DNA from: Yuukianura sp. NJ FZ-2021
Taxonomy: Eukaryota
Reading direction: 5' to 3'
Length of the DNA stretch: 64,000 nt
NCBI GenBank assembly: GCA_046563655.1
Contig: CM102290.1
Coordinates: 13,392,001-13,456,000, forward strand
The notes below the pieces were generated by a model that saw only the letters and a program-made list of their open reading frames with translations, was not told where the DNA came from and searched no databases. The position numbers and the translations under genes were made by a program. The first letter of the stretch is position 1. Every line of letters begins with the position of its first letter. Of the stretch, positions 32,820 through 46,420 are shown piece by piece.

Positions 32820-35800
32820 TCAGGGAGGAAGTACGGTGGGACTTAGCGTGTGCCACTTGAGATGCTTCGTATTGGGTGTCTGGATCATTTCAGTCCAATG
32901 TTTCAGCCTCTCTCCCTTTGAACTGGAACTGAGGAGAAGACCTCCTGCAAAACAATACAAATGAACAGGAGGAATAAGAGTGACTTTCTTTATCAAACTT
33001 TCTCCAGGAGCTTACCAATGTAGTCGTTGCTTTTGCCCAAGTCTTTGTCCCAAACAGAAATGGCAAGGGCTAGACGAGTCAGGTCACGAGCAGAGACTTT
33101 GAAGCTAAACTCTTCCTTGAACTCTGGGTTGAGCGTCTTCCACTTGACGCTTGTCTTGTACTTCCGAGTATTTGGCAGAGAGGAGTTGGAAGTAATTGAT
33201 CCAGCATCATGCAACAACCGTCTGCAAAAACAAACCACCAATCAAAAAATTCGCCACGGCAAAGTTTTGGCATGAGTCACGCGGTCGAGATACAGTTGAA
33301 GAAAAGCAAAAAAAGAAAATTTTTTTTGGCCAATGGAGGCAACAGTGGAAAAAATCGGAGAAAAATTGATAGAAATTTTAGTATAAACGACGTTTGTCGA
33401 AAATAAAACAAAAACAAAAAGATTCGGAGAAAGTTTCAAAAAAGTTTTCACAAAAACTAAAAAAGAATTGAAAGTTGCTGTGAAAATGGGAGTGAAAAAT
33501 TTGGTTGGAGGCGTTTAAGCGGCTGATGCTAGATATTCGCTGATGCTGGAGATTCGCTGAACCTGCATGCTAATGCTTGATACTTGCAAATGCTGGATGC
33601 TGATGCTGGATACATAGACGCAGTAAGTGCTACGTTCGAAAGCAGTGGATCTGGAACTCGGAACGGATAAACTTCTGGGAAAGCTGGCCTCTGGAACGCC
33701 GTTGGGGTGCGGGTCAAGGAAAAAACTGGAAAGCTGAAAACCTACTGGAAGTAAAGTTATTAGGAAAAAGAAGGAACTAACTAACTGAACTTACACTTTC
33801 ACAAATGGATCGGATGTCCCGCAGTGATCTAATGCTGGCAAGTCACTAGCCTTCACAATCCCCACTACCAAACTGTTCTTGTCCGTCACAAAGCTCAGTG
33901 ACAGCAGGAGGCGTCCTCGGCCCCATTCCAGCCCGTCACTCTATTAAAGTGTCCAGCACAGAAAACACTTTTCAGTTAACAATTCAGTTGATTGACTACT
34001 CTTAGCATTTCAGTTCATCACCATTCCAAGTTTTTACACCATTTGGTTAGACTTAATCACAGCACTTACATTTACACACTTTTCTAATCGAAGAGAATGG
34101 AAGCGCGTTTGTTGCGGTCGAATTCTTTGGAGCGGAAGAATCGCAGAACCCAGGCAGTCCCTGCCAAAACGATCGTCATCTAAATTTTTTTTAAAAAATG
34201 TAATTTAAAAAAAAAATTCTGAAATATCTTTCAAAATTTTTGAAATCCGAACCGAAAACGGTAAACTCCAGTGATTGGCTTGTGACCTCACTCGGCGTCA
34301 CACGGTAGAAAGTCAATGTTTCGTCATAAGCTGGATGAAGCGTCTTTGGAACCGTTTTTGTCCGAAGTTGCTTTCCCTGCCGAGTTTAAAAATGTGTTGA
34401 GTGAATTTTCAAAAAAACTTAAAAATATTTCCGTTTCTAATTAAAACTTTCTATTCTTAGTATTTCTACTTAGATGCAACTGTTAGTTTCCTATGAAAAG
34501 TTCAACAGTATAAATGATACCCAAGTTCGGAGTCTACTTGATGGAACTTTATAAAAGAAAAATTATTGTTCGTAAAACACAACTTTTCAATTACTTTAAT
34601 TAAAATCATTTCCACTTCTTCAAAGGAAATTACGAAAACCAACAACAGTAAAGGAACCACTTAACGAAAATGTGGATTTCAATTAAACTCTCTCATTTGA
34701 AACGAATTTTTTTTAAAAGTAAATAAAATCTGAGCTACAAAGAGCTTCAATTTCTTAGATTGGCTCAGAATTGACTTTTTTCCGGGAAGTTTCTCCAAGT
34801 TTGTTCTTTTCTTTTGCTTGAAATTCGAAATTTAATAATAAGTTAGTTGGAATTCTGTAACAAAAGAAACTTCCGGGAAGTTTTTTGAAGTCGTTGCAAA
34901 ATCCTGCCCTCCTGTCTCGTTTTATTAGATATTAAGTATTACATATTGCATTTAAGCTCAAACTTTATGTAACGAGAAGCCCAACGATTAATCAAGAGAG
35001 ATTTTCAAGGCTCGAACGTTCATCTGGAATAGAAGATACAGGTCTACATGCTTCTCGATTTTCGAAATTTCTGATTAGAATTTACAGAATAAAGAATTTT
35101 TTTTTCTAAATTTTTATTTCAAAATTCCTGGTTGAAATGTAGTAATTCTCAAGAAAGTTTTGAAGGTTAAACATACTTCGCAAAGCTGACAATTGAAATA
35201 CCAAATTATCTAAGCTTTTTGTTCAGCTTAGCATGTAAGAGTGCATAGAATGATGCGGACTCAAAGAATCTTCCAAAAATTTAAATTAATTTCAAAAAGT
35301 TTAACAATCTGCAGTCGGAGGAAGTAAAATTCGGAAATTTTAGACCTTGTGAACTTTTTTTAAACACAAAAAGGAAAGGTTTTTTAAACTGTATTGACTA
35401 AAAAACTTTTGTTCACGCTTCAACTGTAACCAAATCTGTCTTTTTGGATTCAATTTCTATTTATATTCCAATTACTATTGAATTTCAAAAAAGTTAATAG
35501 CAAAAACAATTGAAACTTACTTCACATGAAGTTGGTATCAATTTGAGCATGACAAAGGAGTCCGTGAGTCCATTCCTATCTGTAGGCGTAAGATCCTAAA
35601 ACAAAACAAAAAATTTTGTTTCCATCAAAATCGGCTTACGTTTTTGAAAATTTCTTATTCTGTTTTTGTGTTTCTGTTATATTATGATGTAGAAGTAAAC
35701 TTAATTAGGAATTATTAGCAAAGCTGATCAACAAAACCCAGAGAGGTTTGTTCAAGGTTTGTTGACTTTAATTTTCTTTAACAGGTTAGGTAATACCTCA

Positions 35801-38800
35801 TGTTTTTTTGATTTTACAAAAAAAAGTGTATTTTCATTTATTGTATTAATAAAAAATACATTGTTATGCCTACGATGCATCGTAGGCATAACAATATTGT
35901 CAAATGTTTTAAATTTTGTATACAAATTGGTACCGATTTTTTTGGCTTGGTGTTGGAACCAATTTTTCTTTATTCTTTTTTCATTTTTTCATTTCATCCT
36001 TTTTTCACATTTTCTAATTTTTTGAAACGCATATCTTATACGGTCCCGTTGCGTTAGCAATTCCAAATCAAAACTTTGACTCAGCAACGTGAAAATAAAA
36101 AAATTCAGAAGATTATTGTGAAATTCAACAAAATTGGACCAAAAATTGTTTTTTTTTTGTTTAAAAAAAATTGTAGCTATGGCATAACCTGTTAGCTAAT
36201 TTGTATAAACGGGCGCTCTACCAACCTTGGCTCGATGTATGGAGCAGTGGAGGGCTTGCTGCGTGTCGTCGTAAAGGACGGAGACGTCCAGCGTCCCAAA
36301 ACCAATGTCGGCTGATGGAGATGGAGGGTAGCGGTGACTGTCGGAGGCTGACGAAGATCCAGAAGACTTTAAGTTATTGTCAAGGATGACTGCAGAAGAA
36401 TCTGACAGGTCCAACCTGTCCAGTGACCTGTGGAAGATAGAACTTCCTTCGAGCGTTGGTTCCGAGATTTGGTAGAGGCTCTTCTCGTCACCTTCAGCTG
36501 AAGTGTCAGTCTTGGGACTGGCAGACTTGAGACCGCCAGAAGTTGTCGTGCCAGACGAATTGAGACGCAGACGGAAGTTTTCCTTGCGTTCACCTTCGTC
36601 TCCGGAAGAACTGTCTCCGTCCACTTCGGAAGTGTTGGACCGTTGTGACAGACTCTTGGACCAGAACACTCCGCCTGATCTTTTGTTCGTGCCGGAAGAC
36701 AAGGTATTTGACACTTTAGAATCGGTAATGTACCGACTGATGTATCGTTGTTCTGGATAGGTCGCTCCGGATGCTGGAACAGCTCCGTAGGTATTTGGGT
36801 AATGGTTCTTCTTTTCAGGTAAAATGTAAGTTGGCACTCCCTGACAAAATCGGATCAAAAAAGTTTTTAAGTGAATGCAGTAAGGCCAAGGTTGGTAAAC
36901 AAAAAAAAACTTTTTCTACACCAGGTTATCCAATAACTCGAAGTTTTAAAATTATTTTGAAAGTAGGAAATTTGCCTTTCCATGGTAATTTTTTCCATGT
37001 AATGTGAACGGGATTGATGCTAACTGGTGCCAAAGGGGCGTTTGAAGCAAGATTTTGGAAACCCTGAGTTATTGGACAACCTGTTTTAGAAAATATAATT
37101 CGGTTGGATTGGGAAACATTGATGCAAAAACTAGTAAGAAATGGAGTGCTATTATTATAATTTCAAAGAGATTTTGAAAAAACGTACTTTGTAAAACCAG
37201 GCTCCTGACTTTTTGATAAATTCCCGATTTTCGGCACAGAGTTTACACAAGTGGAGGATTCCGTCTTTGATGTTACCTCGGGATGGCGAAACTGATGCTG
37301 CAGCGGATGATGACAACTCAACCACGCATTTGCGACATACTGCCTGTTACAACATTTTTCAAAGTCAAAAAAAATTTAGAGGAGTTTTTTTTTGTACATT
37401 TCATTGACTACGTTTTGCTGGCATTCAAAAATTAATTTTTAGTTTTCAGTTGGTTTCCACCGTTACACCGCCGCGACCTTCACCGCGCGCCGTTTTAGAT
37501 GACACAAAGAGATGAGATTTTAGCACTTCCGATGATGATGATGGAAAGATCAAAGGAACTGGAAGCTAAAACTAATTTCCTACCCGCAACAGCATAAACC
37601 TTTCACTTGTTCCGCTGAACCCAGAATCAAACCGGCGGCTGATTCCAAATTGCTGACGTTTATTCAAATTCAACCGGCATCGATTGATCTCCTCAGGGCA
37701 AAGGACGCTCAGAACTAGGCTGATTTACAGAATACAGTAAAACCTCTCATTGTGCAACAAAAGAACTGATTGTTACCGTAAAGTTTCTTAAGGAGTAACT
37801 CAAGCTAAACTCAAATCACTTACTATTCAATTTTTGAGAATTCTAGGTTATATTTATAATTAGAATCCCCCGTTACGGTATCCAATGTTAAAGTGAATGA
37901 GAAAAACGTGTTGTGCATTGAGAGGATTTACTGTAGACGACTGATTACGCCTGTTCGGGGCTAATCGTACAAACTATCAAGTTCTGCTTTTCTTTCAAAA
38001 ACAAAAGCCTGACAACGAAATTGGACAATTTTGGGTAGATTTTGCAAAGCTTTTTTTCCATCAAACTCGACTCTTCTTCTTCCAAGGTCAAGAGAGATCA
38101 CTGGACTTGCGCCGTTCGACTTTCACTTCTGCCTAACAAATCAATGATGGGATGATGGACGCCCCTTCATTATTTCCACCAAAACTCATCAGCCTTCTGC
38201 TTTCTTCCAATAGAAAAACCGCACACTTTCCCCTCAGCATCCGTTTTTTCAACTTCCTTTTCATCTTTTTCTTCATCTTCAAACTCCACTTTTAGAAAAG
38301 CAAACCTAAAAATTGTTTTTTTTTTCAGACTAAGACTACTTATGCTCTAAGAATCTTAAGAAGTCGAAAGACACAACTGAGAAAATAGATACAGTAGAAC
38401 CTCTCATTACACAACACATTCTTATTGGTTGGGCCAAATACAATTTTTCGCGAGCAAACTATATGGCTTCTGAAACACATTTCAAATATTGAATTACCTA
38501 CAGCAGCGTTTTGGTTTTGCTTTTTTTCTAAGCTAAATCCCACCAAAATGTTAAGTTTTACGGTATCCCGCCGTCAGAGGAGGCGGAGCTAAAAGTTTTG
38601 AAATGAGAGCTTCTACTGTAACTGTAATTAGGAGCCTTTGAAATATAAGCCTGCTTATCCCTAATGTACCTGAAAATAGTCTTTTTTAAACCTTCAAAGC
38701 CTGTCGATCCTATTTTTAAAAATGATTTCTATATATTTTTTCCTGCTGTGTACTTGCTTTTTATAAATCCTACTTTTATTTCTTATTCAAAAAAGTAAAC

Positions 38801-41800
38801 AAATTTTGAAAAATAAAGATTAAAAACTAAAAAATAACAAGGTTCGATGACTATTTTCCAACTAACTGGACTGGATTTTCCCTTTCAACTTGCCAGTATT
38901 ACGCAGCCGAAGAAGTGAAAATTTGTATAAAAAATATTCATAAACAGTAAAAGGAGTTTTGTCCTTCTACATTTTCAGGGTAACGAGAAATAGTCATTAG
39001 GTTAAGGATTGACTGTGCCTTTCAATTACACTACTTCACCTACAGACAAATTGTAATTGCGGTTTAGAAAACAATGGGAAATAAGAGTCACGAAATAACC
39101 CCAAATTAGCCTAGGTTGTGTCAGATTTGTAACCTAATTATTAGACTTCCACCTCAGCAGTTGATACAAAAAATATTGATTTTTGTCAACCTCAAAGTAA
39201 ATTCAACTCAATCAATTGATTTCTTCTCATTAAAGACTAAGGCATGTTTTTCAAATTTGAGAAGCCCACTTTTCTGGTTCGCGTACAGTCGAACCTCTCA
39301 TTGCGTAACATGTTTTGATTGGTTGTCTCGAAAAACAGATTCATTGACAACGAAAACGAAACACTTAAGTTTTGCGTTACAGTAGAGCCCCTCATTGTAC
39401 AACTCTTATGTTGACACTTCCTAATGGCGGGTTACCGTAAAACTTCAGTTTTTGGCTGGTTTTCGCTTGTAATAAACAAAAAGCTGTGACTAGTTAAATT
39501 TTTTCCGACGTATTAGAAATTAGCACCGTACAGTAGCCGTGAAAAGTTTTATTCGAACTAACCAATCAGAAGATGTTGCACAATGGGAGGTTTGACTGTA
39601 TCCGGCCGTCAGAACAGGCGGAACTAAAAGAGGGATTCTACTGTACATGGGACTCATCATAAATGTGGATTCGATTGTGCAGTAAACGATCCTTTGGTGC
39701 AACGAGAGATTAAGTTGGGAACTAGCACTGGTGAAAAGAGGCTGAATTTGATGATAGAAAGCTGCAAGTTCATATGTGGAGAAAAAGTTTATGGTTTCTC
39801 TTGGGATGAATCACTTAAAACAAAAGATACCATGAGACATGTTAGGAGTAGGCCTGGGAAAGACACTTTTCTTGATGAAAAAATAGTGACATGGAGCAAT
39901 CCAAAGGAGCAGACGCTGTCAGTCTTCTTCCTTTCAACACAACCGCATCTTTGTCTGTGTTGGTGCAACACCCAGTTGCTTTCACTTTTCCAAAAAACAT
40001 TCAAAAAAGAAGTTACACTTACTTTGTCACAATCAGAACATCGAGAGCTGCTTCTACCGAAAACTGAAAGGCCAAACGAGTCTCCACACAAAATACATTC
40101 TGTGACACCGTTTCCACTGGCAAGGCGTCGCAGGCTCTCAAGTCTATCCACCAGCTTCCTACAAATTAAGTTCAAAAAATAGAAAAATTAATTTTCAAAA
40201 AAGAATAATTAAAAATGCTTTTTGAAAATTAAAACTCCTCTTTTGAAAACGCTGGTTTTTGCAATTACACTGGAGGAATAAAGGTTTTAGAGACGCTCGT
40301 AACTATTTTACGCTCATTGTTTCTTGCTGTGTACCATAAAAGTTTTAAAACTGAAAGTGTTCTAAAAGAAAACAATCGACTATGTATGAAAACGACTAAA
40401 AGAAAGTTTCTTCTGCTCCGAAGTGGGATTTTAGCATGAATAAGTTGGATGAAGTTGTACTCTGCTAAGCATTAGATTGACAAAGCCTTTCATGGATGAG
40501 ACATTTATTATTAGAGACAATGGGATCCAAATTGGAGTACAAACAACTTCAAAGATTTTGAGAGACAAATATTGCACTTTGGAAAAAATAATAGGTCTCT
40601 CTTGCCCATGTCATGACCTCCGCTGCTACTGAAAGTCCAAGAAAAAATGTCGTTATTCTGTAGAAAGTCGCTTTCTCTCCTTCCAATCTCCCTCCCACTT
40701 CTCAAGGTTTGTTGACTTTCATTTTCTGTAATAGTGTGGGTAATACCTAATGTTTTTTTGATTGCAAAAAAGGTGTCGTTTTATTTCAGGGCATCGTAGT
40801 CGTAACAATACAGCCGAATTTTTTAAATTTTGCATACGAATTGGCAGCAATTTTTCGGACTGGTACTAAATATGGTACCAATTTTTGTTGTTTGTTGGGT
40901 AGTACCCAACCTGCTAAAGAAAATTAAGTTTTCGTTGTCAAGGAACCTTGCCCACTTTTTCTCCTCCTCCTCGTTTGTCACCACCAACTTTAGCTGGTAA
41001 CTTTACGATACACTTTTTTCTTGGAACGAATATTGAACCATATGTCCGCTCCATTATTCATATCCATCCGACCTTTGACCTCAACCAGCCCCCTAACGCT
41101 ATGATTTTGGACAAATGAAGTGGAAACTCACTCTAACATGTGAAATCAATCATAGCGTACCGAAAATGTACGGAAATTTGAAATAACTTGAGCACTGCAG
41201 GCTGCAGAGGTCAATGTATTTCATGCACATACGAAAACGACTTGAAAATACCTGCGTTGCTTTTCAATTTTGACAAAAAATCATAGTTTTCAATAAAAAA
41301 AAATCCGATTCTCAAATCAGCATAATTTACGTGCTCCTGTGCACTCATGTTTCAGATTCGCGTGGACCAACTTTTCAGTTCCTTTCAAAAGTTTCCATTT
41401 TGAAAAAAAATGCAGAAAAACTAACTTTTTGTTGAAAAACTTTTCTTTTGCTTAAAAAAGACTTGCATTCATTCAAGACAGCTTAGACGTTGGTTCTGGA
41501 ACTGCTCAGTTCTTTGAACAAGATCAAAGCGATCGCATTTCATTGAAAGTTTACGTTTGTCCGGTCAGCTAAGCAGTGAAAATCATGTTTCTTTGGCGGG
41601 AAAGTTTGAATTTGAAGTTGAGCGAGGCTTAGCAGTAGAAAGATTTAGATCGATTTTGACACTATTTGTTTTCCACTCGTTCTGCTTATATGCTGGCGGT
41701 GTTCGTTGCTTGCTACGCAGTGTATTTCAAATTTCGAGTTGGAAGTGGGCAAATATTTTATAAAGCTCTTCTCACCACATTCAATTTAACTCCTCCAGCT

Positions 41801-44077
41801 TTCTGCGACTTTCTCTTTTGAAATAATTGTCTTTCTATTTAGACTGAGCAAGTGAAAGTGGTTCCTATCATTAAAGTAGCAATCAACTTTGTACAGAACA
41901 ACACAGTACTTTATGCCTCTGATTTATGTTATGTGCTTTGCAAAAGAGAATTACCTTATTTTCTCGCAAATAGTGCATGAATTTCCGGAAATTTCGGAGT
42001 AAGAAAAGGCTTTATCAGCTAAAACCAACGTTAAATTCTTTGCCTAACACGCTTATCTTTAATGATAATTTACCTGCTATATGTACATACAGTGCGGCAG
42101 GATATCCACTTTTGACGTTTCGTCCACTGTATATCCAGTGGATAATATATTTCATCCGGTTTTATCAGGAAAAAATGGCTAGATAAAATGGATATAAGTG
42201 GATACTTCCGGATACTTTTACTTATTTTGATGTAGGTATAAGAAATATTTTATCCATCCAGCAACACTGGGTATATATGCTATGCTGTGTGCTTTACGAG
42301 AATATGGAACTATACGTAAAATGCGAGCAAATACGGTAGCAAGGAGTAGTCGAGAGAAATACAAGAAAAATGGAGACTGGTTTAGACAGAAACAAATTTG
42401 AATTGTACAGAGCGACTAACAAGGTGATCTCACAAAGTGGCATTTTAAGTTGACTATAAAAATTACGTCTAACGTGCATCACATTACAGTAAGTTGTGTA
42501 GCGAAGGTTGTATGGTAAAATTTGTATTTTAATATAGGTAATTTTTTAACTCTAAATATCATTTTTGCTCAAAATTTTAAACACTATCGGTTTTGAAGTT
42601 TTGAAAAAGTGGAGTGTAGATTTATGGATCGATTTGAAAGAGAGCGAGAGAAAGTTTTTCTTACCCGACACGGTGCTGCTCATACAGATCAAGTTCTTCT
42701 GCTCTTTTGATGACAGCTACAATCGCTTGTTGCTCCTTATCTGACAGTGGCTGTGGTTTTGGATAAGTGTTGAACTGATTTGTCTTCACGGACCAACCTG
42801 ACCTCAACCTGTCACAGACAAAAACAAGGTCACTTGTCATCAGTCACCCGAATTTTAGGGCACGTGAAGCTTATAACACGTTTCGATGAAAGTGAAAGTG
42901 AATTTTACGTTTATTGAACTTGACGGGCTTTTCCGCACCGCCGTTTCCTACAATGTCATGCTACGGAAACCATGACATACACAACTTTCTCCAAAAAAAA
43001 AAAAACAACAAGCCAGGAAGCGTAACATCAACTGCCGAGTTCAAAGGTCATCTCGTTTTTAGCGGAAAAGTGCAAGAAAAATTGTCTGGGTGACTCATTT
43101 AGTGTCAACCACAGAATCCATATGTCTACTTTGGAAATTTATTTTTAATAAATGATGCACAGGCTGAATATTCATCTGATCTGCCCGTTGTTTCCTAATG
43201 ACCTGATATGTAATGTATGAATTTACGTCAACACACAAAAAATATAAGTAGACAAATGACGTCTGTGGAAGATTTAGGACAGTGACAACATTTGGGACAC
43301 CAAAGTAACATTTAGGCTACACTCTAATCCTGTAAACCAAAATGAAACCAAGAAATGGTGTGCGGTTAATTTAGAAATTAAGCCGATTACTTTTTCCTCC
43401 TTTTCAAAAAGCCAGACTTTATTTCAAAAATTCTTCCATATATGGGAGTTTGCTCATTAGTTCCAATTGAATTTATTTTTATACCATGAAAGTGTGGACG
43501 TGAACGTTCAAAATGTAGTGTTTAAATCGAAATTTTGTTTGTTTTTCTTTAACAGGTTATGCCATAACACCTGTTTAAAAAAATTGTTTGTTTTGATTTT
43601 TTTTTTCGATTCGTTGCTCTCACGCCATAACATTACTTAAGCTTGATTTAAGTTAACTTGTAGGTGTTGAAACTTTTGACAATTTTTGTCTGAAAAATCT
43701 GAAATGACCAAAATGCATATGCACAGTATGCCCTTGCGTCGTGTGCAAAAGTTCAACACGTCTTTTAAATTTTCAAATAAATCTCGCCTCATTTAAGCTC
43801 AAAACAAGTTTTCTGTCATTTCGGCAAACTGAGAGGCGTTGGACCGAAATATTCCAAAGATGCTTTCGGACGGATAGCCGAAATTGTCCAAAAGACGCAT
43901 TCAGGCGGTTGAACTGAATGTCCGAAATACGATTTCAAACGGACCATTGAAATGTCACGTGACCGAAACTGGGAAACTGTGAGGCGACTTGACTTACTTT
44001 GCTCGTAGAGCTAGTTGCCTATCATTCGGACAAACCCAGGGTGTTTTTGGACCACGTAAACCAAAATCAGAGGACAT
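32820..44077 (-). CDS. Rph: Rabphilin (Rab-binding Zn-finger domain + C2A + C2B)
   Basis: Exons 44077-43998 ([27 protein letters not shown]), 42808-42665, 40158-40023, 37343-37188, 36840-36226, 35595-35521, 34376-34253, 34179-34070, 33940-33795, 33221-33016, 32944-32820. CxxC pairs, KKSGAWFYK, and C2 loops with acidic Ca2+ ligands ([31 protein letters not shown]). In-frame TAA just before the ATG. Confidence 0.93.
37735..37933. mobile_element. Tc1/mariner-like MITE
   Basis: TA|CAGTAAAACCTCTCATTGTGCAAC ... GTTGTGCATTGAGAGGATTTACTG|TA. Confidence 0.75.
38392..38618. mobile_element. Tc1/mariner-like MITE
   Basis: TA|CAGTAGAACCTCTCATT ... AATGAGAGCTTCTACTG|TA. Confidence 0.75.
39286..39643. mobile_element. 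Tc1/mariner-like MITE with a same-family copy (39380-39598) inserted in opposite orientation
   Basis: Four TIRs in nested order. The inner copy is flanked by TA within the motif that reads uninterrupted (TTTTACGGTATCCCGCCGTC) in the 38392 copy. Confidence 0.7.
40703..40950. mobile_element. CAAGG-ended MITE (P-element-like termini)
   Basis: CAAGGTT...AACCTTG; flanks CCCACTTCT / CCCACTTTT. Confidence 0.7.
42090..42269. mobile_element. hAT-like MITE rich in GGATA/TATCC
   Basis: CAGTGCGGCAGGAT ... ATCCAGCAACACTG; flanks TGTACATA / GGTATATA. Second copy nested at ~9860-10037. Confidence 0.65.
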
Positions 44078-46009
44078 GAATTATATGGCTTAAGATGACT
44101 CAACTTCCAAGTAATTTCAACTTCCAGGAAGAATTGGTCTTCAAATATGAATAGGAATTGATTTCCGGCCTTGTTGACTCCAAAGTTCTTCCGAACAAAA
44201 AAGTAGGTTACGTTTTGGGTTTTTAACGGTCACGATATGTTCTTCGATTGATGATGGCCATCACACTGTTTTCAAGCGTCGTTGGGAAATTGGTTCAATA
44301 AGTCCGTTGTTTCATAGAGTTTCTGTTGAATTGATCCTGTTAAGACTCTGATTTTCTTTTTGTCTGCAAAATAGCTTAATTTCTCATCGGGATTTGTCAC
44401 AGAAAGAACTTTTGACGTTGATTTGAGTCTGAACGGACTTTGAGAGTTTCCGTTTCAAGGAACCCTTAAACTTTCACTTCCTAAACTTTTCCTTAAAAAG
44501 TCATTTCGATCTGGTTCTTTTGAAGCTGTTTGAAACAGAAGATGGTTGAAATGACTTCCTTGACACAAGCTAAGATTCCTCCAGAGCTTCCTTTGATTTA
44601 TAATTTGACTGTAGCGGAAACCGAGTCCACAAGGTAAGTGTTTCCACTTTCACTTTCTTACTTTCCCGGGATGTTAGAACACAATAGATGGAACATAGAA
44701 GAAACGTCTGAAAAAAAGAAAAACAAAGTTTTGATGTACAGAATTGTCTCAAACTATTTAGCATGTGACCTTACACTTAAATTATTTCGTGTACTTTTTA
44801 CACATGACGAATTCCAAAACAGAATTCATCACAAAAATGTAGTGCCCAACCTGTTAAACAAAATTAACTTTTGTTGTCAAGGAACCTTGAATCAGAACGA
44901 GTTGAGGAATGAGAAGTTTCACTGTAACACTTACTTACACTTACTTACTTTTCTTACTTACTATTTCTTTTCAAATTCTTACACATATATCACTGAACCG
45001 TTGAAGTTTTGTATTTTCTTCCAAACGGAAACTGTTTAAAAACTTAAGTTTTGAAATTTGATTAAGCACAAGGATGAATGACCTTGCTACGAACAGGAAG
45101 AGATCAACGCAAGTAAAAGTTCAATTGTTGCACTTTCCTTAGCATATCATTGACATTTGCAGTCTTAAGTTTCAACGCCCTTCAAACGTAAAGTTTTAAG
45201 TGAAATAAAAGTTGTCTAAGTTTTACTACTCTCCTTGATGTTTCTTGAATGTATCAGTTAGGTTAGACTCTGAGATAGCACTGAGATAGAAGTGAAAGTA
45301 CTTGAGTTGCACTTGAACTAATTAGAAAGTTGTGAAAACCTGGAAAGATAAGGACCAATTTGGACAAAGTGGAATAAAACTTTACGAGATTTGACTGTAC
45401 ATTGCAAATTCGAACCATAACAGTACAAAAACCTTGTTCAGTTCTGCAAAGCCTCAATTCATTACAAATATATCCAATCAAAGAGAAAGTGAAAAATGTT
45501 CCCATTTTTGTTCAAAAAAAGGAAATGCTATCTAGTTTCTCATAATGGGCAAGAAAGAAATTTTTAGCCAAATAAGAATTTCCTTTTTAAGAAAAACTCA
45601 TATCGTAAGGTGTTTTCTTTTCCTTTGAATTTAAAAAAAGGCGGTTCTAAGACTGAGATCTCCGAATTCCCTTGAATGTTTTTTCATTCATTTCCCCCAA
45701 CTGCAATTTTATCAGATTTCGAGCGTCTCATAACATGGCGTAGCAGAAAGAGAATATTTTCCAGTCGTTCCAGTACAGAAACTAACTGTTCCACTGGATT
45801 ATTCATGAATTGCTTCTATTTTATTAACCAAGTTTTGTTCCACTTTCACCTTTGTACTCTAAATGTACTTCACAACATGCAATCACTCGAGCACTCACTG
45901 AAACAGGCGCTAATTTGTCTCTCTCCCTCTTTTTAACTTGAGTGGCCACTTCCTACCTAATAAAGCTGTCGTAAATCGTGTGTACGTAAGTAGCGAAAGA
46001 CATATTGAC

Positions 46010-46420
46010 AAATGACCTAGTGCACCGCGAGGAACCGTAGAGCATAGTAAAGAACCGCCGTGCAATGACCATTTCAAAGTTGAGATCATACGTTGACCTT
46101 TGACCTGGAAGGAGGTGAGGCAAGGTCAAATGATATACGAAAAAATGACTTATATCGCTGAGTTGTACATCTGAATGATATGAATACTCAATAATACAAT
46201 TCATTTGCTTTGTTACCAGGCAAAAGTTAAGCTGGATGACCTTGACCTTTGACCCAGAAGAAGTTAACACACCTAGATGCTACACACAGTAGGTGAATAA
46301 CCGGGATCAACTCTACAAACGAATCCCGGAAATCTTGAGCCGTTTTCCAGATCATTGCCGCATGTAGCCGACAGACAGACAGACAGACATACAGTGTAAA
46401 ATTATCAAGTAGCTTTTGCA
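46010..46420 (-). mobile_element. Helentron/DINE-1-like non-autonomous element remnant
   Basis: Minus strand reads AAAAGCTACTT..(GTCT)n..GATCTGGAAAACGGCT, with internal TGACCTTTGACC motifs. A similar AAAGCTACTTTATGG..GTCTGTC head occurs at ~3983 and ~56477. Confidence 0.45.
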
